From contig JBJENB010000059.1 of NCBI GenBank assembly GCA_051879975.1, positions 1 through 40,067 of the forward strand: 40,067 nt of DNA, given 5' to 3'. The stretch comes from Wujia sp. GTDB taxonomy: Bacteria; Bacillota; Clostridia; Lachnospirales; Lachnospiraceae. Below the pieces are notes generated by a model. That model had not been told where the DNA came from. It did no database searches and saw nothing but the letters and a program-made list of their open reading frames with translations. This document shows positions 1 to 8,551 of this stretch, piece after piece. The position numbers and the translations under genes are program-made. Numbering within the stretch: position 1 is the first letter of the stretch; each line of letters begins with the position of its first letter.

Positions 1-114
1 CCGAATAGAAAACGAAGCGTGTCTTGCGTTATATCATATGGGAATATGGCGTACGAATAGGCAGATAAGAGTATTGCCAACGTTTACTTGACAGAAACAA
101 GGATAAGTTACTCA

Positions 115-144
115 TTGACAATTTACCGTAAATAGTGTTATTAT
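115..144 (+). promoter_or_regulatory. sigma70/sigmaA-type promoter for tRNA-Leu
   Basis: TTGACA (115-120), 18 bp, TATTAT (139-144) preceded by TG (extended -10), 12 nt upstream of the tRNA. Confidence 0.7.
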
Positions 145-156
145 TCTATGCGGTGA

Positions 157-240
157 GCAGCTGTGGCGGAATTGGCATACGCGCATGATTCAGGTTCATG
201 TCCACGTAAGTGGGTTCGGGTTCAAGTCCCGTCAGCTGCA
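157..240 (+). tRNA. tRNA-Leu (anticodon CAG)
   Basis: Acceptor GCAGCTG/CAGCTGC, D-arm GCG-GAATTGGCATA-CGC, anticodon stem CATGA/TCATG with loop TT-CAG-GT, long variable arm CCAC-GTAA-GTGG, T-loop TTCAAGT, discriminator A; CCA not encoded. Confidence 0.96.
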
Positions 241-279
241 TTTATACTAAAGAAATTAAGATACAAATGATAATAAGAG

Positions 280-308
280 TGACTCGGAATGCTTCCGGGT
301 CATTTTTT
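280..308 (+). terminator. Intrinsic terminator after tRNA
   Basis: TGACTCGGAA / TTCCGGGTCA hairpin followed by T6. Confidence 0.85.
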
Positions 309-440
309 GTGTATACGATGAGTTGAGCGTAGATTCGTGCTCGCACGAAAATCTGCATTTGGTGAATGTGCATCATTGAGTCGCCAGGCGAGAATATGAC
401 TTAGGCAACTGTTGGTTGCAGGGATGATACTATTTATAGC

Positions 441-472
441 TTGCTTAAAAATGTGCTGTTTGCTACTATAAT
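441..472 (+). promoter_or_regulatory. Putative promoter for XRE gene
   Basis: TTGCTT (441-446), 17 bp, TACTAT (464-469) with TG extension; overlapping TATAAT at 467-472. Confidence 0.5.
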
Positions 473-504
473 TCAAGAAATACATACGAGAACAGGAGAA
501 TGGC

Positions 505-1191
505 ATGGAGGTAAAGATAGGTACTAGACTTGCAAGGTTACGTGCTGAACAGGGAATGACACAGGAGGAATTTGCAAATAGGATTGGCATTAGCCGACAG
601 GCTGTTTCAAAATATGAGCTTGATAAATCCTATCCTGATTTAGATAAATTGGTATCAATTGCAAACTTATTTCAGGTAAGCACCGATTATCTGTTGCTGG
701 GAGAGTGTGCAGATACAGAGAAAGCAGAAGAAAACACGGAATCCGATGAAACAGAAGGAAAAAAGGAAGCGGCTACACAGGGGATAAAAAGGATTAATAA
801 AATTGGATTGTGTACAGCAGGAATCGTTTCAGGAGTCTTGCTTTTATTTTTTTTAATGATATTCTGTGAAGTGCTTTTTAGAAAAGTGTGGGATAAAAAG
901 GATGAAGATAAGGTATATGCAAAGATAGAACAGGTTTATTCTCAGTACACAAAAGCGGATATTTTTTTTGTTGATGATGATTTAAAGCAGGTGCAGCGTA
1001 CTGTTTGGCTTGATGAAGAAGGTGTAAGGGCCGGTGATTATGTACTTTGCTATACAAATGAAAGACAGGATAATGTATACATGGACTATGGAGCGAAAAC
1101 CCTGATTGTGCCAGGTGTGATTACAATAGCGTTGCTTTTGTTGTTTGTTATTATTTTAATTGAGATTAAGAGGATAAGGAACCTGAAATAA
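505..1191 (+). CDS. XRE/HTH_3 family helix-turn-helix protein with two C-terminal TM segments
   Basis: N-term IGTRLARLRAEQGMTQEEFANRIGISRQAVSKYE..SYPD..LVSIANLFQVSTDYLL is canonical HTH_3; two hydrophobic stretches; SD AGGAG. Confidence 0.9.
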   Translation: MEVKIGTRLARLRAEQGMTQEEFANRIGISRQAVSKYELDKSYPDLDKLVSIANLFQVSTDYLLLGECADTEKAEENTESDETEGKKEAATQGIKRINKIGLCTAGIVSGVLLLFFLMIFCEVLFRKVWDKKDEDKVYAKIEQVYSQYTKADIFFVDDDLKQVQRTVWLDEEGVRAGDYVLCYTNERQDNVYMDYGAKTLIVPGVITIALLLLFVIILIEIKRIRNLK

Positions 1192-2301
1192 ATGAGGAAA
1201 AGATATATTGCGATACCAATAATTATTGTATTCGTTATTGTATGTGTTATTGTATACCGATTTATTTTGTTTACAGGAGAAGAGGATAACACTAATAATG
1301 CTTTGGAGGCTTCAGATTGGGAAATAATTTATGATGGCATGAGTATTACACCCGAGTTTGAATGTGATGCAATCATTAACCAAGACAATACACTTTGCTT
1401 CCTTATAGAGGACAAATGGACGATAGAGGTTGTCATGTCGGATAAAAGCTATGATGAATACAAGGGGCAGATAACGACAACACAGAGAAAACTGGAAGCT
1501 GAGGGCTATAATGTGGAGCAGGAAGCAGATACAGTTCTGATAAAGGGAAAGGAATATTTGTATTTTGCAATACATGGAGAAATTCTGCTTGCTGATGGAA
1601 TAACCACAGAAGATAAAAATATGGAGGTAATTGTAACAGCTTCCCCGGATGGCAGAAGCTTTGTGTTGATTGCTGATATCACTGGGGTGGTAGAGGAGTC
1701 TTTAAATATGGAGGTTGTAAATGAACAAGGTCTTCGTTATGCAGATTTGTTGATTGGTGATGCAGAATTGGCTGAAGCAGCGGTGAATGATTCTGCTGGA
1801 ACAGCCTGGTATGCCATAGGAAACCACAGCGATGAAGAAGGGGAGAAAAGCGATACTGTCTCAGATTCATTATTAGATATGAATGGAGAGACCACGGCAG
1901 TCTACGCATTGCCTGCAGATACCGTATTAACTTTTGCACCGGACAATACAAAATATTCCAGTGAAAAGTGGTATGAAATGCCGGGAGATATAGATTTATT
2001 TATATCCACGGATACATCGGAAATGTATTCAAGTGCATCTGTTTATATTGAGAAAAGTGCACAGACAGGGGATAAAAAAGTAGGAGAGATCATAAAAAAA
2101 GAAATTGAGGGAAGAAATTGGTATTACTATACCTATACAACCGCAAATGTTTCGAAGGAAAAAACGGAACTTACATACTACCTGAGGGCTGCAACAGACT
2201 TGGAGAATGGAGCTATTTTTAAAATATTTACTTCATCTAAAAATCAGGAAGCATGTGATGTAGAGATTTATCAGGATATTATGGGCAGCGTTTCGCCTTA
2301 A
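1192..2301 (+). CDS. Hypothetical exported/membrane-anchored acidic protein
   Basis: 369 aa ORF abutting upstream stop (TAA-ATG); basic N-terminus then hydrophobic segment; no family recognised with certainty. Confidence 0.75.
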   Translation: MRKRYIAIPIIIVFVIVCVIVYRFILFTGEEDNTNNALEASDWEIIYDGMSITPEFECDAIINQDNTLCFLIEDKWTIEVVMSDKSYDEYKGQITTTQRKLEAEGYNVEQEADTVLIKGKEYLYFAIHGEILLADGITTEDKNMEVIVTASPDGRSFVLIADITGVVEESLNMEVVNEQGLRYADLLIGDAELAEAAVNDSAGTAWYAIGNHSDEEGEKSDTVSDSLLDMNGETTAVYALPADTVLTFAPDNTKYSSEKWYEMPGDIDLFISTDTSEMYSSASVYIEKSAQTGDKKVGEIIKKEIEGRNWYYYTYTTANVSKEKTELTYYLRAATDLENGAIFKIFTSSKNQEACDVEIYQDIMGSVSP

Positions 2302-2335
2302 TATATAACAAAAAAAGTAGGAGGATGATTAATTT

Positions 2336-2833
2336 ATGAAACAACAGGAAGTACAGCCGATAGAGTCAGGCTACAGGAGACTTTCGCAGGAGGAATTAAA
2401 ACGAGTAAAGAAAAAAACTGCGCCGTTGATTGCTTGTGGTATAATTTGTATCATGTTTGGTGTAGGCATATCCGTTTTATTGTACAGCGTTTTTGGTAAA
2501 GAAAATGCAGAGGAGTTGATGGATCGTAGTTTTATACGGCTAATTATCATGTTAGTATTTATGTTGTTTCTAGGTATCAGTATATGCTACAAGGATATCA
2601 GGCTTCTTGCTATGTCCAAGTACATGATGATAACGATGGTAAATGTAAATAATATAAAGATTAAACCCGGTGACGGCTTCAGATATCGTGGCGAAGTATG
2701 CCTCATGGAGAATGGAAGGATGAAGCAGGTTGAGGCAGGGATATTAAAGGATGCAATAGATACGGTACGGGTAGATGAACAGGCAAAGTTGTATTTTTAT
2801 CCCGGGAAATATTATATTTTAGATAAGATGTGA
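2336..2833 (+). CDS. Hypothetical membrane protein (2 TM)
   Basis: 165 aa ORF, SD AGGAGG, two hydrophobic helices then short soluble domain. Confidence 0.75.
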   Translation: MKQQEVQPIESGYRRLSQEELKRVKKKTAPLIACGIICIMFGVGISVLLYSVFGKENAEELMDRSFIRLIIMLVFMLFLGISICYKDIRLLAMSKYMMITMVNVNNIKIKPGDGFRYRGEVCLMENGRMKQVEAGILKDAIDTVRVDEQAKLYFYPGKYYILDKM

Positions 2834-2848
2834 TAAAGAATTAAAGAT

Positions 2849-2900
2849 AAAAGCTGTTTCTGTCTATTTTCGTTGAGAAAACAGATGGGAACAGCTTTTT
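2849..2900 (+). terminator. Intrinsic terminator
   Basis: AAAAGCTGTTTC...GGAACAGCTTTT long imperfect hairpin ending in T-run. Confidence 0.75.
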
Positions 2901-2904
2901 CGTG

Positions 2905-2933
2905 TTGTAGATTTGAAGAATAAATGATAAAAT
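2905..2933 (+). promoter_or_regulatory. Putative promoter
   Basis: TTGTAG, 17 bp, TAAAAT with TG extension. Confidence 0.55.
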
Positions 2934-2986
2934 AATTAGAGTCGCATGGGTTATGCATAAATCTTAAGTGGTATTTGGAGAAAACA

Positions 2987-4699
2987 ATGGGTAAGCTGGC
3001 CGAAAATAAGTATGGACAACTTAATATGGATCAAATATATGAGCTGGTGATTAGGGAACATAAGAAATATATCGCTAAGCTGCCTGCGAATATAGATAAG
3101 GATTTTGATATAGATGAGTTAAAGACGAAGGGAAACACCTGTTACAGGATGAGACCAAAGAAGAATTTTAACGGTACATATATCATATATCTTTACGGTA
3201 GTCTCCACTGTAGAAATATTTTACAGGAGCAGTGGAATCTGGTAGTAAAGCTTTCAAAGGAAACCGGATGCGGCCTTTATGTGCCTATATATCCACTGGC
3301 ACCGGAAAATAGCTGTAGGGATACTTTTAATATGCTGGAAAAGGCCTATTCAGATTTTGTCATAGGACACGACGTAGAGAAGGTTATACTTTTGGGAGAT
3401 TCAACCGGAGCGGGTCTTGCCCTGTCTCTTGCACTAAGGGCATGGAAGGAGGGCTTTAGAAAGCCGGATCAGTTGATAATGCTTTCTCCGTATCTGGATT
3501 CAGAATATTTTGATAAGAAATTGGAGCAGCAGGTCCTGGAGGCTGCTAAAAAGGAAAAGGATTATTTTTTTAATGAAACCATAAAGGAATTTATTAATAC
3601 ATACTGGGTAAAGGATTACGCAGTAAAGACTGAGTTTACCAGCCCATATTATGAGGATTTTACGGATTTATGTGATGACGTAGTAATTTTTTCAGGCAGC
3701 AGGGATATGTATAACTGCTATGCTCACGCATTTTATAATAATGCAAAACAGCAGGGTCTCAACATTAGATTTTTTGAATTTGAGGACGAGTATCATGAGT
3801 TTATGATACATTCAGACAGTAAGGAAGCACAAAGAGCCTATGGATATCTTAAGGATGTTGTAGCTAAAAGCTTTGATGAGTCTCTGACGGAAATTTATCA
3901 GGTGAAGCTTGTATCGGACTGGAGTAAGAAATATCCGGACATGATTCGGGATGAATGGGCTTCGAAGTTTATCTATTCACACAAGTTTGATTTTAAAAAG
4001 CTTCCGGTTAAGCTGTCCCAAAAGTCCAGAACCATATTGGCAGCCTCATGTATAGCCTGTGACGAAAAGGTAAGAAAATATATAATGGAATATCCGAATT
4101 GTACCATAATCAATCTCGGATGTCGTTTGGATAATATGTTCCAGCGCATGGATAATGGCAGGATTCAGTGGTATAACATTGACGACCACAATACTATGTC
4201 TGTAAGACGTTCCATGTATGGAGAGCGAAGCAGGGAGAAAACCATTGGAAGAAGACTTATGGATTTTTCATGGCTGGAAGAGATACAATGTGACAGGAAC
4301 AGAGGTGTAATGGTTGTATGCAATGATACCCTGTCATATCTTAAAAAGAATGAATTCAAAAAGCTTATTGATAAATTGGAAATGTATTTTCCCGGCTGTG
4401 AGATAGTATTTACAACCATGACTTTGGGAACAAAGCTCCTGACCAATAGAAATTATATGAAGCGTACTCTCACGCAGAGAAAGATAAAGCTGCATATTGA
4501 CGATGCACAGATTCTGTTTGGTTCGTGGAGAAGTGATTGCTACGTGTTATCAGAGGAACCGATTATGAAGTATTTTAATGAACATAAAGGCTTGGGCTTG
4601 AGTACTGCCTTAACGATTTGGTATAATCTCATGACTTACAATTATAAAATTGTACATGTCAAGCTTGGCAGTGAGGAGTATAACATCAATATGTTTTGA
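2987..4699 (+). CDS. Alpha/beta hydrolase (HSL/Abhydrolase_3) fused to an LCM/TcmP-like class I methyltransferase domain
   Basis: YPLAPE, GDSTG (3395-3409), LSPYLD, GSRD, YHEF in N-half; IINLGCRLDNMFQRMDNGRIQWYNID and DFSW..I in C-half; start moved to ATG 2987 because of SD GGAG at 2977-2980. Confidence 0.8.
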   Translation: MGKLAENKYGQLNMDQIYELVIREHKKYIAKLPANIDKDFDIDELKTKGNTCYRMRPKKNFNGTYIIYLYGSLHCRNILQEQWNLVVKLSKETGCGLYVPIYPLAPENSCRDTFNMLEKAYSDFVIGHDVEKVILLGDSTGAGLALSLALRAWKEGFRKPDQLIMLSPYLDSEYFDKKLEQQVLEAAKKEKDYFFNETIKEFINTYWVKDYAVKTEFTSPYYEDFTDLCDDVVIFSGSRDMYNCYAHAFYNNAKQQGLNIRFFEFEDEYHEFMIHSDSKEAQRAYGYLKDVVAKSFDESLTEIYQVKLVSDWSKKYPDMIRDEWASKFIYSHKFDFKKLPVKLSQKSRTILAASCIACDEKVRKYIMEYPNCTIINLGCRLDNMFQRMDNGRIQWYNIDDHNTMSVRRSMYGERSREKTIGRRLMDFSWLEEIQCDRNRGVMVVCNDTLSYLKKNEFKKLIDKLEMYFPGCEIVFTTMTLGTKLLTNRNYMKRTLTQRKIKLHIDDAQILFGSWRSDCYVLSEEPIMKYFNEHKGLGLSTALTIWYNLMTYNYKIVHVKLGSEEYNINMF

Positions 4700-4747
4700 T
4701 ATACAATCATGTGAATGATTTCTGATTAATTAGGGGTGAATACGCGA

Positions 4748-5512
4748 ATGCTGGAGGCATTACAGGTAGTTAAAACTTTTGAAAAAAACGAAAAACATGG
4801 TAAGAAAATTAGTTTTAATGCGGTTGATGGAGTATCTCTTACTGTTGCGGATGGCGAGATTGTGGGTATTCTCGGACCCAATGGAGCCGGAAAGACAACA
4901 TTACTCAGGATGCTTGGTCATCTGATGAAGCCAACCTCCGGTACCGTAACGATTCGGGAAAATGGTGTTGCAGTAGAAAAAGAGATTGACATAAAAAGTA
5001 GGATAGGATATCTGTCCGGCAATACAAAATTGTACGGACGTCTCAGCACCAGAGAAATGTTGACTATCATGGGTAATATATATGGTCTGGCAGAGTCGGA
5101 ATTGAAGGATAGAATAGAGGAAATATGTGAGGTTTTGGACATGGAGAGCTTTATAGATAACAGGATTGAAAAGCTCTCTACAGGTCAGACACAGAGGGCC
5201 TCTATTGCAAGATGTCTGGTTCACAATCCTGAGATTTATATTTTTGATGAGCCTACCCTTGGACTTGATATCATAAGCAGCAGTGCAATAGTAAACTTCA
5301 TGAAGACCGAAAAGAAGAGAGGCAAGTCAGTTATTTATTCCACTCATTATATGGAAGAAGCGGAGCAGCTCTGTGACAGAATTATTATGATGAACAAGGG
5401 CAGAATAATGAAACAGGGCGCAGTTGACAGCCTTAAGACTGAAACAGAAAGCAGTAATCTTAGAGATGTTTTCCTGACACTTGTGGAACAGGGAGGACAG
5501 GAAGATGAATAG
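4748..5512 (+). CDS. ABC transporter ATP-binding protein (NatA-like)
   Basis: Walker A GPNGAGKTT, signature LSTGQ, Walker B IFDEPTLGLD, H-loop STH; start ATG 4748 or GTG 4736. Confidence 0.9.
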   Translation: MLEALQVVKTFEKNEKHGKKISFNAVDGVSLTVADGEIVGILGPNGAGKTTLLRMLGHLMKPTSGTVTIRENGVAVEKEIDIKSRIGYLSGNTKLYGRLSTREMLTIMGNIYGLAESELKDRIEEICEVLDMESFIDNRIEKLSTGQTQRASIARCLVHNPEIYIFDEPTLGLDIISSSAIVNFMKTEKKRGKSVIYSTHYMEEAEQLCDRIIMMNKGRIMKQGAVDSLKTETESSNLRDVFLTLVEQGGQEDE

Positions 5513-7544
5513 ACGAATCATAGGAAATTTATATAGAAAAGAAATATTGGATGTATTAAGGGATAAAAAAACCGTGCTCATGATGATTGTTGTGCCGATT
5601 ATTATTTATCCCTTGCTTATCATTGTGGGTATGCAATTGATGACCAGCATATCACGTGATATTACTACGCATACCTATGTGGTTGCTTTTGGCGGTGACA
5701 AGGAAATTGATAAGGAGCTTATACAGAAATTTTCAGAGGTGGATGGGGATTATTCCTTTCAGCTTGTAAAGGTGGATGACTATCAGGAATCACTGGCAAA
5801 GGAAGAAATAGATGCGTATGTATTTGTAAGCTCAAGGGATGTTGACGGAAAAGACAGTTATAGTATTCATTATTTGTCAGCCGTGAACAATTCATCCTAC
5901 GCTGCAGGCTTTGTGGAAGAGGTGCTAAATCGGTATTCTAACAGTCTGACGGTTGAGCTGCTGGAGGAAAGGGGATTACCTTCAGATTACATTTTGAATC
6001 CCATTGATATATCCTTTGAGGATAATGCCACAGGAGAGGAGACAGCCGGAAATATTCTTGGTATGATTCTTCCTTTTATGCTGGTAGTGAGTCTGCTTCT
6101 GGGAACCATGTATCCTGCCATAGACACAACTGCAGGTGAAAGGGAGAGAGGAACGCTGGAAACGATACTAACACTGCCTGTATCAAACAGACAGCTGATT
6201 GTGAGCAAATTTCTTGCAGTAGCCACAATAGGAATCGTTTCGGCAGTACTCAATGTACTCTCAATGGTGGGAGTAGGCGCTTATATGTACAGCCTGATGA
6301 AGGATTCCCTTGGTATGTCGGATAATATATCTATGGAGAGATTTGTTCCGGCAATCGTGGTTGGAGCACTTTGCGTGCTTGCATTTGCCATATTCATCAG
6401 CGCATGCACCATGTGTGTCTGTGCCTTTGCAAAGACGTATAAGGAGGCAAACAATTACATCACGCCGCTAACATTAGTGGTTTTGTTTGCAACCTTTGTG
6501 GGATTTTTGCCAAACATTCAGTTAAATCAGAAAATGGCTCTCATGCCTGTTGCAAATATTTGTCTTTTGATAAAGGACCTTTTGGCATTTAAATACAATA
6601 TAGGAATTATAGCTATTGTATTGGTTAGCAATGTGGCCTACGGAATAATGGCAGTATTGGTGCTGGGTAAAATATACAACAGTGAGACAATACTTTTTGG
6701 TGATTCCATAAATGCCCTTCAAATCTTTGAAAAGCGAAGCAATATGAAAAAAGGTGGCAAGCCTACTACCGGTGATACATGGATGGTTATCGCAGTAACT
6801 GCAGTTGCAATCATATATATTGGCAGCATGGCACAGCTTAATATGGGCGTTGGTGGCGTAGTGATTACACAGCTCATTATTATAGGAATACCATTATTTG
6901 CGGCATGGTACTCAAAAAGAAGTATAAGGGATACCTTTAAGCTCAGAGGATGTAAAGCCGGTGCTCTGGCGGGAGGGATATTCTTAATATTAGGAACAAT
7001 TATGCTGGGTATGATATTGACAGCATTAACAAGCTCAATTTTTAGAGAAAGTGCTGAAAATGTGGACATATCCATGGAATATCTGTTAGGAGACAAGTTT
7101 TGGCTGACACTTGTTGTGGTTGCAGTTACGCCTGCAATTTGTGAGGAGGCAATGTTTAGAGGGTATATATTATCTTCAATGGAAAATCGTTACAAAGCGA
7201 ATCAGGCAGTGATGATAACTGCGATCTTGTTTGGACTGTATCACATGAGCATAGTGAAATTCTTTACAACAGCATTGCTTGGCTACAGTATATCCTATGT
7301 AGCAAATAGAACTAAGAGTATACTGCCGGGGATGCTGATGCATTTCATCAATAACGCTTTATCCTGTGTGGTCATGTATTATCCGAGTCAGATAGAAAAG
7401 CTATTCCCTGTTTTGATTAAGACTTCCATTTCATTATTTGATTTTGTTGCATTGCTGGGATTGGGTATGATTTTTGTCGGAATAGGTATATTCTTAATAT
7501 TAAAATCGACGAAAAACAAAGAAGAAGGTCTAAATTTGTTGTGA
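5505..7544 (+). CDS. ABC-2 permease (NatB-like) fused to a CPBP/Abi (CAAX-type) intramembrane protease domain
   Basis: KEILDVLRDKKT and AIDTTAGERERGTLETILTLP (NatB-like); C-terminal CEEAMFRG, LFGLYH, MLMHFINN (CPBP motifs intact); SD GGAGG before ATG 5505. Confidence 0.88.
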   Translation: MNRRIIGNLYRKEILDVLRDKKTVLMMIVVPIIIYPLLIIVGMQLMTSISRDITTHTYVVAFGGDKEIDKELIQKFSEVDGDYSFQLVKVDDYQESLAKEEIDAYVFVSSRDVDGKDSYSIHYLSAVNNSSYAAGFVEEVLNRYSNSLTVELLEERGLPSDYILNPIDISFEDNATGEETAGNILGMILPFMLVVSLLLGTMYPAIDTTAGERERGTLETILTLPVSNRQLIVSKFLAVATIGIVSAVLNVLSMVGVGAYMYSLMKDSLGMSDNISMERFVPAIVVGALCVLAFAIFISACTMCVCAFAKTYKEANNYITPLTLVVLFATFVGFLPNIQLNQKMALMPVANICLLIKDLLAFKYNIGIIAIVLVSNVAYGIMAVLVLGKIYNSETILFGDSINALQIFEKRSNMKKGGKPTTGDTWMVIAVTAVAIIYIGSMAQLNMGVGGVVITQLIIIGIPLFAAWYSKRSIRDTFKLRGCKAGALAGGIFLILGTIMLGMILTALTSSIFRESAENVDISMEYLLGDKFWLTLVVVAVTPAICEEAMFRGYILSSMENRYKANQAVMITAILFGLYHMSIVKFFTTALLGYSISYVANRTKSILPGMLMHFINNALSCVVMYYPSQIEKLFPVLIKTSISLFDFVALLGLGMIFVGIGIFLILKSTKNKEEGLNLL

Positions 7545-7567
7545 TAAAATAACGGTTATGATATACT
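7539..7567 (+). promoter_or_regulatory. Putative promoter for GH25 gene (leaderless configuration)
   Basis: TTGTGA, 17 bp, TATACT (7562-7567) with TG extension; ATG 7 nt later; no SD. Confidence 0.55.
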
Positions 7568-7574
7568 AAATATT

Positions 7575-8522
7575 ATGGATAAGAGGAATAAAATAATCAA
7601 GGCGGTTCTGATGATATTAGCTGATATATCATTTGTAGCAATTGGCTTGATAATAGGAATAAACATTAATTTAAAACGTGCAAAGCCTGTATATACTGTG
7701 AATTTTGAGAAGAGCTGGACAGTATCTCCCGGTGTTGAGGCGATGGCAATCGAGAATAATTACTGGAATTTTATAGATGCCAGCTACATAATTATTGGTA
7801 CACAGCCGAATTGTCAGTATTATAAAATTTTAAGTGGTGTTCCGCGAAACGATTATGACAGAGAGAATTTCTATATTGAGGATGAAAGCAGCTATATGTA
7901 CTACCATGATGAGGAGGGCAATAGACAGAGTTCCGTGGTAGTGGATGTATCTGCTTATCAGGGTAATATAGATTGGGCGGCTGTAAAGGAAGCCGGGGTT
8001 TCTATGGCAATTGTCCGGGTTGGCTTCAGAGGCTATGGTTCAGGTAAGCTTGTATATGATGAAATGTATGAGAGAAATATACAAGGAGCTCTGAATGCAG
8101 GTTTGCGGGTAGGAGTGTATTTCTTTACCCAAGCCGTAGATTATGCAGAAGGACAGGAGGAAGCACTGTATGTGCTGGATGCAATATCAGTATATGATAT
8201 AGATGGTCCTGTGGTTATTGATACAGAATATGTTTCGGAGGATTCGAGAACCAATGGGCTTGATGTTGACGGCAGAACGGATGCTGTATTAGGTTTTTGT
8301 GAAACTGTTGAAGCTATGGGATATGAACCGGCTATATATGCAAACAGAAATTGGTTCGTGCAGAGTTTGGATATGTCAAAGCTGTACAAGTATAAGATTT
8401 GGGTAGCGGCATATTCCAATCAGATTAAATTCCCGTATGAATTTTCGGGATGGCAGTACACTAATTCCGGTAGTGTTCCGGGAATCAGTACTGAGGTAGA
8501 TATGAACGTGTGGTTTGAGTGA
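7575..8522 (+). CDS. Glycoside hydrolase family 25 (lysozyme/muramidase) with N-terminal TM anchor
   Basis: DVSAYQGNIDWAAVK, VRVGFRGYGSG, VGVYFF, catalytic DxE (IDTE), WQYTNSGSVPGI..VDMN. Confidence 0.92.
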   Translation: MDKRNKIIKAVLMILADISFVAIGLIIGININLKRAKPVYTVNFEKSWTVSPGVEAMAIENNYWNFIDASYIIIGTQPNCQYYKILSGVPRNDYDRENFYIEDESSYMYYHDEEGNRQSSVVVDVSAYQGNIDWAAVKEAGVSMAIVRVGFRGYGSGKLVYDEMYERNIQGALNAGLRVGVYFFTQAVDYAEGQEEALYVLDAISVYDIDGPVVIDTEYVSEDSRTNGLDVDGRTDAVLGFCETVEAMGYEPAIYANRNWFVQSLDMSKLYKYKIWVAAYSNQIKFPYEFSGWQYTNSGSVPGISTEVDMNVWFE

Positions 8523-8551
8523 GCAGGTGTTGAGAAAACGAGAGGGATATT

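Noticed and set aside
300-590. 96-aa minus-strand ORF and the many other short antisense or nested ORFs in the track
   Set aside because: Overlap well-supported genes, lack SD and recognisable motifs
7575-8522. GH25 as a prophage endolysin
   Set aside because: Has an N-terminal TM anchor and no holin or other phage genes nearby
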